Shown in pieces: positions 39,094 through 52,906 of a stretch of DNA of 64,000 nucleotides; the stretch's first letter is position 1, and each line of letters starts with the position of its first letter. The DNA is from Amphiura filiformis (Eukaryota): positions 51,797,740 to 51,861,739 of the forward strand of contig NC_092647.1 of the NCBI RefSeq assembly GCF_039555335.1, read 5' to 3'. The notes under the pieces were generated by a model. That model had not been told where the DNA came from, ran no database searches, and was given only the letters and a program-made list of their open reading frames with translations. Made by a program: the position numbers and the translations under genes.

Positions 39094-39319
39094 CTTCCAT
39101 CTCGGGTTTGATATAGACAAGTTCCCCATCCAGAACTCCTTTAGCATATTCTGTACGGCAGGATGAGCAACAAATTCCATGTTGTGAGCAGTGTGTGCAA
39201 GAGCCAGACAGATAGCCGAACCCCAAGTATGTAAAACTCGAACTAATGTCAATGTTGTCAGTTTTCTGTCACTTGTGTAGTATTCTGATAACACTTCTAC
39301 GGCCAACTTGTCAAACAAC
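39094..39319 (-). CDS. TRPM-like copy B exon 12
   Basis: ORF-anchored (LAVEVLSEYY...FWMGNLSISNPRWK). Confidence 0.6.
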
Positions 39320-40228
39320 CTGTTAAAAAGCCAAAATATGATGAAGCCTCTATTTACCATGTTTGCGTGATGAATTCAAATATATGTAAGAGCATGGTGT
39401 TATTTTTTTATTGAAATATTAGTCGTCGAACGCATACGCGATGTTCATAACACTGTACGTACAAGGGATGGTCATACCACATCAAGAGGACCGACGTCGG
39501 TCACAACTGACGGAAACGGAGTGACACGCATTCGCGACATAGGGAATTACATATTCTTGTTTCTACCCCAGGAAAGAAGAAGAAGCAAGGTTGCCAGTCT
39601 GATGAAGTGTTGCGTAGAAGCATGAAACTATCGCACATCAAATACACAGATCTAAAGATTGGAATCCCCAAATGGCTCTCACGTCTTTTCCATCTTTCAG
39701 GCAAGGCATGAAAAAGGGTGGAATGTCAATATCCTCAGATAGCCTATCAGGGTAGCATGCCTGTCGCCTGTTGCTATATATACTTTCCATGTGTTTTATT
39801 TTACGTGTTTGTAATAATTGTGCATTTTGCTCACACCATGCCTGGTGGTTAGTAAAGGCCAAAGTTGTCTTTGATGTTTAATGATTTCTTTATTCCTTTA
39901 TTCCTGATTTTTCTCAAGAAGTACATTTTTGAGATAGCCAGTTCTTGTTCTATGTCCTGGAGTTGCTGTTGTTTTGTTTTTTTCATATCAATTGTCCGTT
40001 TCGCTCTATATATGTTTTTGAAAGTAGTGGGCACAGGTTGTGATTTTAACGTTGTATTGAAACAACGTTGATGTCACTTTACAAATACAACGTTATTTCA
40101 ACCTAATTTCAACGTCGACATTTCAACATTGCTTCAATGTTGACACAACGTCAATGAGCCCGCTATATGCGACGGTATGCGACATATTTATTTTAGATCC
40201 TGGAATTCTGGTGGACTGCTTTTCATAC

Positions 40229-40484
40229 CTTCCTCCTTCTTCGTATCTTGTCAACCTTCTAGTCTCATGCAAATTACTCTCTCTTGCAGCCATCTCCTTG
40301 AGTAGCTTACTAGCAACAAGAGCACCTCCAATAGGTGCTTTGCTTTCATGCCAGAATAAGATCGCCATCTCTAGACGTCCTTGAAGTACTGCCCAGATGA
40401 AGAGTTCACGAGACGGATTGGAGAATCTATCCACGTCATCTGCCCAAGAGATCATAATGGAAAATATTTGTGAGTTCAATTCAC
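40229..40484 (-). CDS. TRPM-like copy B exon 11
   Basis: ORF-anchored (..SRELFIWAVLQGRLEMAILFWHESKAPIGGALVASKLLKEMA..). Confidence 0.7.
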
Positions 40485-41011
40485 CTGTGCTTAAACTTTG
40501 AGAAAAGATGCGAGAAAGTATTCGGTTGACTTATTGGTAGGCTCGATAATATTCCTGATACTCGGAGCAATATGGTACATGCCATTATCCTGGGGATCTG
40601 CATGATGTGCAACTTTAAAGATCATGGTGATTATAACTCGGAACGAGCGAAGATTTGGAACGCACTCTTGTACAGTGAGCCTTTTTTATATTCTTTGCAC
40701 GGATATACATTTATTCTGGTGGCATGGTTGGAGAGGTTTAAAGTGAGACCAAACACGATTCGGAAACATTAAATCCGAGATTCTATTGTGCGCCTACCAG
40801 CCACTAACTACCAGCCACTCTAACCTTCCCTAATCCAACAAAACCCAACAGCACAAGCCACTGCAAATGCATATATTTATCCCGAGTGGTGTGATGACGC
40901 AATGACCCTACATCTATACACCTACGGTTGTTGGTCGGGCTAGCGAATGACCCGTGGCTACCGGTCACCGACTCGAGTGCTTGACGCGCAGAGTGTCTGG
41001 GGTTCATACCG

Positions 41012-41851
41012 GGTGTCCCAAAAAAGGTTACATGTAGTTTTTGGAAAATAATCTGAGTTAACGTCAACCAATTTAAATGTCCTTTTCATGACATAATCTA
41101 TATACCCTTTACTAGTACTCCTGTGAATGTCAAGTTCACAACATGCATATTTATCCCGCATTCCACACATTCATGAGCACGCTGTTTACCATGTGTACGT
41201 GACGTGACATAAAGCAACACGAGGTTCGCAATTCATTTGGCGGGTCATTTGAATAGGGCTAGCAGTCACATGGAAGAAGATGCAGTATTTTATTCTGTTG
41301 AACAGAGAATTAAACTTGTTCAATTTTATTTCGAGAGTATATGCTAAGATCGTTATTAATTTTATCATGATGATGACGGGAGATACAGCATGCAGAATTT
41401 GCCTTCACAAAAATGTGCTCCTCTTTAACATGTTTAATGACCATTTTCCTTTGTTGTTCAGTTATTTGTTGTTACCACTAAAAGTCATGAAGCTCTTGAA
41501 CTGATTTAATTTTAGATTTGCAATATTTAATTTGTCAATGTGTTTCTTTAGTGCAATAAGTTTATCAGCCATTAAGAAAACAGGAGAAAAATTAAATGTA
41601 ATAAAGAAAACATGTGAAAACAAAAGTATGCTTGTGTTCAACTCTCGTTTGATCATGTTGATGGTTAGCCACTCTTGACACCCCTGTCATCTTGCGCTCA
41701 TAAGTTAAGTTTCTTTTAAGATACGGAGTTGAAACTTCGCAAACACTTACAAGAAGGATCAATTAATAATACCTGAGAAAAAAATCATCTTTTCGTTGTA
41801 CCATCGCAAAATACGGTCCATTTTCTACATGTAACCTTTTTATGGGACACC
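41012..41851. mobile_element. MITE with 27-bp TIRs (GGTGTCCCAAAAAAGGTTACATGTAG) in the copy B intron 10-11
   Basis: interrupts sequence that is contiguous in copy A (~15395). Confidence 0.65.
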
Positions 41852-42070
41852 TTGTATATCAAAGGAAACACGCAACTTCTTTGTTGATCTTATCTCATCT
41901 CTTTATTTCTTCCTTCTTTCCTTTCAGTTGACTAAAAAGTACGGGATGTTATGGATAACCTTACTCTGGGCCATCGGTTGCTCCCTACATGAGAACTAGA
42001 GTGTTATTGAAGGTGGGTGACGAACACGTTGTGTTTTCTATCTCACATGAGGGCCATCACACTAACACTC

Positions 42071-44844
42071 TTATTCTCAGCTCCAGCGATTTGCTTACAA
42101 AAATATGTATCATAGTGGCTCACAAACAGGGAAACATTGTGGGATTATGCGAGATGAGATGGAAGAACTTCGGAGAACATCAAACAGAGGAAGGCCACGT
42201 GTTGTACTATAGTGGAGAGCTTGACAAACAAGCCAATGGAGTGGGCTTTCTTGTCAACAAGAGCATCAAGAATGCTGTTTTGGGATGCTGCCCAGTTTCT
42301 AGCAGGATCATTACCATGCAGCTGCAAGCAGCCCCATTTAACATCACAATAATCCAGGTTTATGTGCCAACGTCAGACTACGATGATGAATATGTGGAAA
42401 CCTTCTACACCCAACTGCAGGAAGTCATCGACAAAGTAAAAAAGAAGGACATCTTGATCATCCAGGGTGACTGGAATGCAAAAGTCGGTGAGGATGCACT
42501 GAAAGACTGGGATGAAGTCTGCGGCCCTTCTTGCAATACTGTAACCAATGAAAGAGGGCTAAGGCTGTTGGAATTTACAAGACTCAACAACATGGTACTT
42601 GCCAACACTCTTGGAAAACACAAGCCATCTCGCCGCTGGACCTGGCACTCACCAAATGGACGATACCATAATCAGATTGGTTATATACTGGTGCAGAAGC
42701 GGTTTCAGTCAGGAATCAACAAAGAGACAACAAGGACCTACCCAGGTGCAGACATTGGGAGCGACCATGACATGGTGATAATGAACTTCCGAGTCCGCTT
42801 AAAGAATACCAAAAAGACCAAGAGCACCAGGATCAAGTTCAACTTGGACAGACTGAAGGACCCCAACATCTCTGCTTCCTTCAAAGCCACGGTTGGTGGG
42901 AAGTTTGCTCCCTTGTTGATGCTCAACGACAATGACAGTGCCGAAATGCTGACATCAAAATTCAATGAAATCATGATTGAGGCAGCAACAGAGACACTTG
43001 GGAAACACCGCAGGAAAACACAACCATGGGTTACCGAGGATATACTGGACATGTGTGACAAAAGGAGAAAGCTAAAGAAGGACAAGAATACACCAGCAGG
43101 TGCCAAAGGGTACAAGGAAGTCAGCAAGCAGATCAGGAAAAGCATGAATAAAGCCAAGGATCATTGGATTCAGAAACAATGTACTGAGCTGGAAGAAAGC
43201 CTGGAGAAAAACAACAGCAGAAGAGCGTTCCAGATTGTCAAGGACCTCACAAAACCTAGACAGCCACGAGTCAACACCATCCAAGACAAAGAGGGGAACT
43301 GTCTCACAGAAGAGGAAGGCATACTAAAGAGGTGGACAGAGTATTGCTCAGACCTTTACAACCATCAGACAAATGGCGATCCTGATGTAACCATAAGCCA
43401 GGAATCATCAAACACTGATGACTTTCCCGTCTTAAGGGAAGAGGTGGAGAAAGCCATTAAATCACTTAAGATTGGAAAGGCTCCGGGGGTAGACAATGTT
43501 ACAGCTGAGCTAATCAGGCATGGAGGCGAAATGACAATTGACATCCTCACAGTCATTTGCAATAAGATATGGCAATCTGGTGATTGGCCAACACCATGGA
43601 CTCAGTCGCTCATCATCACACTCCCCAAGAAAGGCAATCTGCAACAATGCCAGAACTACATAACTATCAGTCTAATTAGTCATGCCAGTAAGGTCATGCT
43701 AAAAGTATTACTGAACAGGCTGAAACCACAGGCAGAAGAAATTATCTCTGAAGAGCAAGCTGGTTTCAGGAGTGGAAGAAGCACAACCGAGCAAATATTT
43801 AATCTGCGTGTCCTGGGTGAGAAATACAACCAACACCAGCAGGACATCTTCCATGTGTTCATTGACTTTAAGAAGGCCTTTGACCGTGTATGGCACAACG
43901 CATTGTGGGCCACAATGAAGAGCTACAACATGGGCCAGAAGCTAATCAAAACAATCCAACAACTGCACAGTAAAGCCAGCAGCGCAGTACTTACACAAAG
44001 CAAAATCGGAGAATGGTTTCACACATCAGTTGGGGTACGTCAAGGTTGTCTGCTATCTCCTACCTTGTTCAACATCTTCTTGGAAAGAATCATGACTGAA
44101 GCACTAGAAGACCACTGTGGAACAGTCAGCATAGGAGGCCGAACAATCACAAACCTAATGTTTGCTGACGACATTGGCGGGCTAGCAGGAAACGAAGAAG
44201 AGCTGGCAGACCTCGTAAAGCGGCTGGACATAACATCAACCAGATATGGCATGGAGATAAGTGGAGAGAAGACAAAGCTGATGAAAAATAATGATGGAGA
44301 AATAAAAACACCAATCTCAGTCAGTGGCCAGCAACTTGACACAGTGAAGAAGTTCAAATATCTAGGGGCCATAATCAGCCAAGAAGGTTCCAAACCAGAA
44401 ATCCTCTCAAGAACTGCACAGACAATAGCTGCCCTGGCAAAACTGCAACCAATTTGGAGAGATAAAAACATCACTCTGAACTCCAAACTAAGGCTACTTC
44501 ATGCCCTAGTCCTCTCAATCTTTTTGTATGCATGTGAGTCGTGGACCCTGACGGCAGAACTACAGAAAAAGATCCAAACTGTAGAAATGAGAGGCTTACG
44601 AAGGCTCCTCGGCATATCATATACTGACCGCATCACCAACGAGGAAGTGCGCAGAAGAGTATTACAACACATGAGTAATTATGAGGACCTGCTGTCCACT
44701 GTTAAGAAAAGGAAGTTGAAGTGGTATGGCCATGTAACAAGATCCAGTGGCCTATCCAAGACGATCCTACAGTGCAGGGAAAGAGAAGAAGAGGCCGACA
44801 GAGAAAGAGATGGATGGACAACATCGCAGAATGGACTGGGATGA
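42071..44844 (+). CDS. LINE ORF: partial endonuclease + reverse transcriptase
   Basis: part of the 951-aa track ORF 41989..44844; its first ~27 codons (41989-42070) are host intron sequence conserved in copy A, not part of the element. Confidence 0.75.
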
Positions 44845-44986
44845 ATTTCTCACAGACCCAAACCCTAGCACACAACCGAGACAGATGGAGGATGGTGGTG
44901 GAGCGGTCTATCATGCAGTGCCCCTACGACCCAGGAGGGTTATGGGAGCAGTAAGCAGTAAGTAAGGCTCATAGTGGTAATTACAC
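42071..44986 (+). mobile_element. RTE-like non-LTR retrotransposon (LINE), 5'-truncated, inserted in the copy B intron 10-11
   Basis: copy A/copy B intron homology breaks at ~42070 and resumes at ~44987; uninterrupted ORF to 44844 with APE endonuclease (LCEMRW, from mid-domain) and RT motifs (QAGFRSGRSTTEQIF, FIDFKKAFDRVWH, FADDIGG); short 3' UTR ending in (GTAAG)-like repeats. Confidence 0.8.
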
Positions 44987-46286
44987 CAAACATATTCCAG
45001 CCTAAAATAGGGGTTATGGGCAAAATAAGAGCTTTCACTGGGATATCCAAAATCTGCATCCTTAAATGGGGGATGAGGTTGTCAATCTGGACAAGCATCT
45101 TTAAGGTAGTACTAAATGTGTAGCTGGTATCAGTGACTCAAGACAAGCGGTACGTAGCTCTTGATCAGAGCCCTCGCAGTACCTTAGAAGACCCAGTGAT
45201 CCCTGTAAAATAAACCCAAACAAGTGACTAGTAAAGAAAATGTAAGTCCAATCCCTGCCTGGTTAGACCATTTTGTAAAAAGAATAATACCACTCCTATA
45301 ATTAAAGACAGAGATAAATGCAATTTATCGCGTCTGATGTCACTGTCAATTACGATCCTTGATTGGTTCACGCAGGTTAATCAGCGCGTAAAAGGAAGGC
45401 CGATCTATCTGGTGCTGATCGGAGAAAAGGAATAGCAGCAAATGGCGAAAAATTTCGTACTTTTACAAGGCAAAAAGCAGCTTTTCTAGGCATTGTGGAC
45501 ATGGTGCATTCACCAAAGAAAGTTTCCTACTATAAAGACCTAACTTTTGAGATGGTTTGCATGTCGAAAGGTGCAAAATTAACAATACGGCGCCCGGTTA
45601 TAAATCCGCGTTCAGCAAGTCATCATCACGACACTTTGTAAACAAACCGTGCTCGAGTTTGATTGACAGGTGACGTCAGACGCGATAAATTGTCTTTATC
45701 TTTGTCTTTAATTATAGTACAGAGCTTGACGAAGGCAAGCTACACTATCACTAGGCAAGCTGCATAAGTCACCAACCTGCACTTTCCTGTTACCAACAAG
45801 TAGGACCACTATGCAGCATTACTGTCTACCAACAGATATTGGTCTACCCCACCCACCAACCAGTCAAGTCCACTCACCGAGGCGCAGCCGAGACCTACGG
45901 CCGGTCTTTACTATAGTTTCAGAGGGCATATGTCATTTTTTTCTTTCAATTGCATGGGAAATAGGTCGGCTTTGGAGCAAAGCTAGCGGTACGTTATTTA
46001 TGATAAGAAAAGAGGCACCGCTAGAATGTACCTCATTTCTTAACATATATAATGAACCACTTGTCTTGAATCACTGAAATTTCATTGAAGTAATTCGATT
46101 CCTTGCCCCTATAATATACGTAACTTTTGTTACGAATGTGTAGTTATTTTTTGAGAAAAATGCAAAATTAGTCACAATATTTATCAGGGGTGTGTAGTAC
46201 CGACTTAATTTACTTGGTTGCAATATCACCCCATATTTGGAAGCTTCTCAAGGCATACAGTAAATTCATACCTGTCCATACCATAC

Positions 46287-46383
46287 CTGTGAATGTCTCT
46301 TGCAGGTAGAGAGGTTTAAAACTCCACTCTGTCAAATCATTGATCACGTTGCCAACGTCCTTCAAATTCACATTAGTTTGGAC
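46287..46383 (-). CDS. TRPM-like copy B exon 10
   Basis: ORF-anchored (VQTNVNLKDVGNVINDLTEWSFKPLYLQETFT). Confidence 0.6.
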
Positions 46384-46659
46384 CTGCAATAGGATACGGG
46401 ACAAAATAGAATAATGCGAGACAAAATGAAGTACATCAATCAAATTTCTAATATATATATTTACATGAGCTCGATAACGAAATTCAGGATTTAATGTAAA
46501 GGCTTGATGGCCTTTTTGAAATTAGTCTGAAAAGCGGGTGAATCGGACATAGAATGTTCAAACGGGCTGACAAAATAAAATAATTAAATTTGGATAACAA
46601 AATAGTCTGAAATCAGTTTACAGCCTTAAAATTCTCTGAATATATCATAATTTACTTAC

Positions 46660-46728
46660 CGAATTGCGATCAGGGTATCTTTCCAACTCTTCTGAAAGTA
46701 ACTCGTATAACATGGAGTCAGATTTGAC
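46660..46728 (-). CDS. TRPM-like copy B exon 9
   Basis: VKSDSMLYELLSEELERYPDRNS; donor GTAAGT; calibrated on the plus-strand ORF. Confidence 0.6.
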
Positions 46729-47032
46729 CTGCAAAATAATAGTAAAAACAGTTACCAATGACATGGTTTTTACAAGTCAGACCGTTGTCGGAATAACATA
46801 CTATGAGCATTCACCCTTCAAGACGGCCGTACATGCCTTTTCATACCATGATAAGAAATTTATGTCATCCGAGCGACTTCGTATGAATCTGGCCAAAGGT
46901 ACGAAGAGAACTATAGTATTAGATTTGGTTACTTTGCGACGGCGTATACATGTATATTAATTTTTACAGTACAATACTTAATTTTTCTTGCTATTTTGTG
47001 GTTAATTATAATGCATGAGCGAAGTATCTTAC

Positions 47033-47167
47033 CGTTCTGTACAAGCAAATAAGTTCCTGTTCTGTCAAGTACTCATAAAGGCTGATTCCTTTGTTGAGAA
47101 ACAGTCTAACAAACTCCACCTGGTCTTTAACGAGGGCTAATCGTAATGATTGGCGGACTTCTGTAAC
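47033..47167 (-). CDS. TRPM-like copy B exon 8 (intact, 135 nt)
   Basis: VTEVRQSLRLALVKDQVEFVRLFLNKGISLYEYLTEQELICLYRT; ORF-anchored. Confidence 0.65.
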
Positions 47168-47777
47168 CTGATGAAGAACGCAAACTGTCACCGATTTATA
47201 TGGTTATTTCGAGAATTCCCCGACTTTATAAAAATATTATGTTCATAATAAAAGTGAATGACGACCTGTAATTGTTGTGTAAAATGGGAGGAAGTAAAAC
47301 GTAACAGACACTGTGCGTTTGATATGCTCTTTCAGCAATGTAACGTTACTATTTATGCCTATTTCTTAGGCACCACATCGAATTTGGTCCTATAGAACTA
47401 TCGATGCCCGGTTAGGTACCGATGACTCTTAACGTCGCTCCCTGGAGATTGTATCAAGCAAAATAGTTAACAGTTGCATAGTGTTATTGTTTTTCATTTA
47501 AATAAAAAACGAATGCACTGTACAAAATAATGTTCAGGGTACGATAATAAGTGTCATCGGTACTTCTTCGGACACCGATAGCGCTATAGGACCAAAAAAG
47601 ATGTTGTGCCTTAATGATCCTTGCTAAACACCCAGTTCCCACGAGATGAAAATAGTCTTCCCATCATTCCAGACTCTGCAGTTACTATTACCCTAAGTAT
47701 ATTTTTAACAATAGACCAGCTGGTGGAGGCCATCAAGACCTTGAAAAACGTCAAAGCATATATATATATGACCATAC

Positions 47778-47896
47778 CTTGAGAGTCTTCTCCTTCTGCA
47801 GCAATCGTTGGGCCAGATCAATTCGGTTCAGTACGGTTGCAAGATGGAGCTGATCTGAATTTTGACCGGAGGCATGCAATTTTCCTTGATTCTTAG
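47778..47896 (-). CDS. TRPM-like copy B exon 7
   Basis: ORF-anchored (AKNQGKLHASGQNSDQLHLATVLNRIDLAQRLLQKEKTLK). Confidence 0.65.
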
Positions 47897-48060
47897 CTTT
47901 CATTGATAACAAAACAAAATAATAGCCGTTCATCATCAGATGTTATAGTAAGGAAGGAGCAAATGCTGTATAATTATATTTATACTAGTACTACTAGGAC
48001 AGATAGGAAGCGGCAAGAATACTCTACAGTACAATGTACACAATGTGTATAGAAATCACA

Positions 48061-48073
48061 TCCTCATCATCAC

Positions 48074-48125
<52 letters not shown>

Positions 48126-48150
48126 GTCGTCGTCGTCGTCGTAGGGGCTG
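48061..48150. repeat. (CAT)n(CGT)n microsatellite in copy B intron 6
   Basis: homologous in position to the copy A (CAT)n. Confidence 0.85.
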
Positions 48151-48330
48151 TTCAATAATGATGTGCTTAGAAGGTAACATTTTCAAATGGCTTACCAAAA
48201 CTGCTTGCCCCCCTTTCGACCTGCCAAAAATTGCCTGCCCCGCCCCCTCGAACTGCCAACACCCCCCCCCCCCCGCCCAATTTTACCATTCCCAGGGCTC
48301 ATAATTATTCATAGCCCCTTATATTCATAC

Positions 48331-48548
48331 CTTTCAATAGCGCTGTTAAAATGTTCTCCTCAAGGTTAGTGCTACTGTCCGCCTTGTCATCATCCCCGTT
48401 CAAGGGTAAAACTGTAACCAGAGATTTTCTTTCTGCTATCTCGCGGCACAATTTGGTAAGCTCTATGTGACTGGATTTGATTTTCTCGCTATCAAATGCG
48501 GAACTCAGTTGAGCTTTAAACTCATTGGCTGTTTCTACGGAAAGGTGT
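48331..48548 (-). CDS. TRPM-like copy B exon 6
   Basis: homolog of A exon 6; acceptor atttag, donor GTATGA. Confidence 0.6.
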
Positions 48549-49277
48549 CTAAATAAGAGACATTGAAATAAAGGTATAGTTAAATTTCAGTTTGAGTCTT
48601 GTTAGATTGAACATCATATTTTACGTACACTTCTGTACTTTGTCAACATTATCCTCATACTGTACTAGCCCAATGCCAGTTTTAACATTCAATTATGACA
48701 TCATCACAGGATATACTTAACTCTGTCACTTTGCCGTCATATTCGAGACGAGAAGACCTGAAAGTAAAGCGTGTCTGGCCCGGGGTGTCTGGTTGTGGTT
48801 AGGCTAGATTCTAGATTATAGGGTTAGATTTCCATTCATGGACGAATTCTTGAACATGTATGTGTGTTGTCAATCGTCATTTAAATGTGCGGATTGGTCA
48901 CACGCATGAAAGTGCGTAATGAATGCCGCGTATATAATAAATGTAATAAATCTTACGCCAAGAGCTGCCAAAGTGGTAAAATATCACGCATCTTCAAAAT
49001 AATACGTGAAAATAACCAATAATAGTGTAAAAATGGTGCAACAAAGGGCATCATTGGCACTTTCATTTTGGACGTTTTTACGGCAAAAGCTGGGGCACAT
49101 CCCTCAGATACCCCTTGATGGGTGGCAATGTCGTGCCGAATACAAATTTTTACTAAATTTTTACTACACTAAACTTTATAATTTTAGGCAATATCTCACT
49201 CCAAGCAATTCTTAAAAGTTGACAGCCTTGCATAATGTGATCTTATCGACTAAAAATAGTTTTAGCTGTAAGCTTAC

Positions 49278-49455
49278 CCGTTTTTGTTTGCGTCTTTCAT
49301 ACCGAGTTTACAACAAGCAAATGCTAAAACATTAGCGGCACCCCCGGAACCGTCTAGAATAATCACTGGGATCTTATTCTCTACCACAGTCTCGTGAACG
49401 GATTTGATTCGCCTATGACCACCTCCAACTACAATACAGACTACGGGTACTCCAC
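49278..49455 (-). CDS. TRPM-like copy B exon 5
   Basis: GVPVVCIVVGGGHRRIKSVHETVVENKIPVIILDGSGGAANVLAFACCKLGMKDANKNG; an in-frame TAA lies 1 codon upstream of the acceptor. Confidence 0.6.
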
Positions 49456-50308
49456 CTTAAAAATGGAAACAGTCGTAGTTAAAGACAAGTATCCCATCAG
49501 GTCCATGATCTCATTCCAGAAAACAAAATATAGTGAGTGGACAATAGCAATGGAAGAGCACTAGTTTGACTTCTGACGATATAGCCCAATCGGACAAAGA
49601 TTAGCTGTGGGATGAGATGGAAATATGTTGAAGACCTGACGTTTGGTGAAGTTGTAAATATTAAGACAGGTGGTTCTTCACAAATGCAAAAAGATCTTGA
49701 TGGTTTAGGTGACTGGTGCAACAAAAATGATATGCTACCAAAACCTTCAAAATGTCATATTATGCACATCAGTGTTTTTTTAAAAGAGAGCATTCTTTCA
49801 ATCATGTATATTCGGCCTATCATGGAATATGCCAGCCCTTTATGGCATACTAGTATCTCCAGGGCACAGTCTGATCAGATGGGGCTCGTCCAGAAGAGGA
49901 CGTGTCATATCATCCTGAGCCAGAGCTACACATCTTATCGGGCTGCTTTGGAGAAACTAGGTTTGGTTTCCTTTATGAGAGGAGAGATCAGCTGTTGGTG
50001 CGATTTGGCCAGGGTTTGCAAGCGTCTGCTAAACATTCTCAAATGCTGCCTAAAGGTGATTGGCACGGTAGGAATCTTAGGTATGCCCAACGGAATGATC
50101 CCCTCGCTGTAAGCGAACCAGGTACATGCAATCTACCATTCCTCAAGTTGTTCAGCGTCTTAATAATCTATGAATTCTTTTTTGCCTTTGAATGTTATGC
50201 TATTGTATGCATTTTATTGTTGCTTTGTCTTTTGATTTTATGCATATTTTTAATTGTTACCCAGGCGTATCAGGTCTGTAACCTGCTTTCTGGATTGTTT
50301 TATAAATA

Positions 50309-50527
50309 AATTAATTAATTAATTAATTAATTAATTAATTAATTAATTAATTAATTAATTAATTAATTAATTAATTAATTAATTAATTAATTATTTATTT
50401 TAATTAATTAATTAATTAATTAATGAATTAATGAATGAATAAATGAATGAATGAATGAATGAATGAATGAATGAATGAATGAATGAATGAATGAATGAAT
50501 TAATTAATTAATTAATTAATTAATTAA
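50309..50527. repeat. (TTAA)n/(AATG)n compound microsatellite in copy B intron 4
   Basis: direct inspection. Confidence 0.9.
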
Positions 50528-50912
50528 TTAATTAAACGTTTGGCTTCCATAACTCATGTCGAGGATTCTTCATACCAAATTTAAAAGCCCAATCGGACAG
50601 AGTATATTTGAACCTGCCATGATCTTAGATCATAAACAATTTATTCAAACACATTATCATTTTTTTCAAAACACATTATCATAACTTAACCTTGTTTAAC
50701 CCTACTTTAATACCAAAAAGTGTCTTTTGTCTAAGTTAGTGATCTCTAGGGCTGTTTTGGTCGCAGCATATCGGGATGCGTAACACATTTTGGCATATTC
50801 TTGTACACTCATGGTTAATATTGTAATAAAGATCTACAGTTTACATGAAGAAAGGTTACGTTGAATGATATTGGGTGCAGGAGAAGAAAGAATGATTTAT
50901 TGACCAACTTAC

Positions 50913-51084
50913 TTCTGGTATAACTTTCCATTCTTTTGATAGCAATCGTTTTTAGGAACTTGCTCTGTGCTGCAATCTTCACTCTCGTATGATCTGAACC
51001 GTCGTCATTGATTAACAAATAATGAGTATGATTCGGATCTAAATGTTGGCTCCCCAACTCGTTTGGATCAATCGTAATCGATAT
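50913..51084 (-). CDS. TRPM-like copy B exon 4
   Basis: ISITIDPNELGSQHLDPNHTHYLLINDDGSDHTRVKIAAQ...; ORF-anchored. Confidence 0.65.
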
Positions 51085-51631
51085 CTATAAAAAAAAACCA
51101 TGCATTTTGGTTTGACCTTTTCTTTGTAGACTTTGTCACCATTGAAAGCAATTATTATTTTGCTTGTATGTTTTTGTATCATCGTGATATTGCTTAGACT
51201 ACCCCCGTCCACTTGCCCATTGTGCATACTCTGGATAATGTATTTAAGCTTAAAACTTTGATTTAATTAATTTATGCACAATTGATAGATTTTCACATCT
51301 GATCTTTTCAGTCACCCTACTCCCTCTGTTTGTTAGCTTCCCCAGATTTTTAACCTGGAATTTCGCGATTAATAAACTGGCAGATTCTAAAATCAGAATT
51401 GTTCAGTATTGAAGTGCCAATACAATTATGACATTATGATATGTTGCATTCAATAATATAAGCCTACGTACACTTTACTTTTACTGTCACTAATATAATT
51501 ATATAAACTTTTTCATAACAATTTTATACTAGTATTTTGATGTAATAAATATCAGTATAATTTCGAGTTCAACTGAATGCTTTCATCATGATTAACATTA
51601 ATATGCTCAGATATTGCTCTGAAAAACTTAC

Positions 51632-51807
51632 CTCACTCGTTGCATTCGAGATTTTCTCTTTCTCTTTCAAGACTGATATTGGTGTGATACCAATTGCAAC
51701 CACCTTCCTGCGCTGGGCCATTGCTCTTCCAATGGCGTAGTCTCGTAAAGATTCGCCAACATCTTTAGTCATGCCAGAGTAAAGCCCTCCTGTAGTAAGC
51801 CATGCTC
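51632..51807 (-). CDS. TRPM-like copy B exon 3
   Basis: AWLTTGGLYSGMTKDVGESLRD...KEKEKISNATSE; acceptor caacag, donor GTAAGT. Confidence 0.7.
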
Positions 51808-52409
51808 CTGTTGTAATGCATGATCGACATTGTTTGTAGAAATAAAAGTAAATTTAGGACCAGATAACTTGTGGTGTGATTTGTGTTTGGTTACTCGGTT
51901 GACCCATATAAAGGCCCTGTTAGTGTTCCCACTCCCAGCATAAGTGTAAAAAAATAAAATTGTTTATGAATTGCACTCTTGGAGGATAAGTCATTCTAAT
52001 TGTCATTAGGTATTTCTGAAATGAAAAACATTTATTCATATGAATATCATGCATGTAACTAATTTCTGTACTTTACTGAAATTACAGATTCGTGCAAAAT
52101 GTCTTCTATTGTCTTTAATTTACGGCTTTCAGTTTAACCACTACCAGACAATGCTAGCACATCTATGACGCTATTAAACAAAGGTGCCAAAATCTGAATT
52201 TTGATGATTTTTACGATCCTCTCGATGAGCAAATCACTGAATGGGCTTTAACTCCAGGGTGCATGGGAATTACAGATGTCGAGGCAATGACAAGTAAGCC
52301 CATAGTAGCAAGAATCCTAGGAGGAAAGACTCAAAAGATCAGTATTACAACAGTTTTATTTTCCAGAGCTAGAGGTAAAAAGAAGACGCGAAAAAAATCG
52401 TCAACATAC

Positions 52410-52593
52410 CTGTACTCAATGCCGCATTTGCTAATTCCCGTAAGAATGTCTTTTTGACAGTCGATGATACATGTTTGATCCCTCGATATCCACCAACAAG
52501 AGATATTACAAGTTTCGGTTCGCCCAGTTGCCATTGTTTAGTCAGATATTGAGCTGTTTGAAATATGTCGTTGTCTTCGTCAACAATCACAAA
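52410..52593 (-). CDS. TRPM-like copy B exon 2
   Basis: ORF-anchored homolog (FVIVDEDND...LVISLVGG...STG). Confidence 0.7.
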
Positions 52594-52906
52594 CTGCCAC
52601 AAATGTTAAATATTTGTTGATGAGCTCAAAGAAAAATTTAACACTAAATATATTTTTCACAAGGCATCGATTGAGAAGGAGTAGCCATATAGGAGGGAGA
52701 ACAGGCCGGAGGAGGAGTGGGAGGAGACGAAGACGATGAGACAAGGAAGAATGGGGCCCGGGAAAAGGAATGGCTGTGATCTAAGATATGGCTATCCACG
52801 AGCAGTGGATTCAATTGAAAATCAGTCATTGTTGAGCAATTTTAATTACCTTTCGTTATGAAGTAATCTTGCCGGCATAGATTAATATAAATGTGTTGAA
52901 ACTTAC

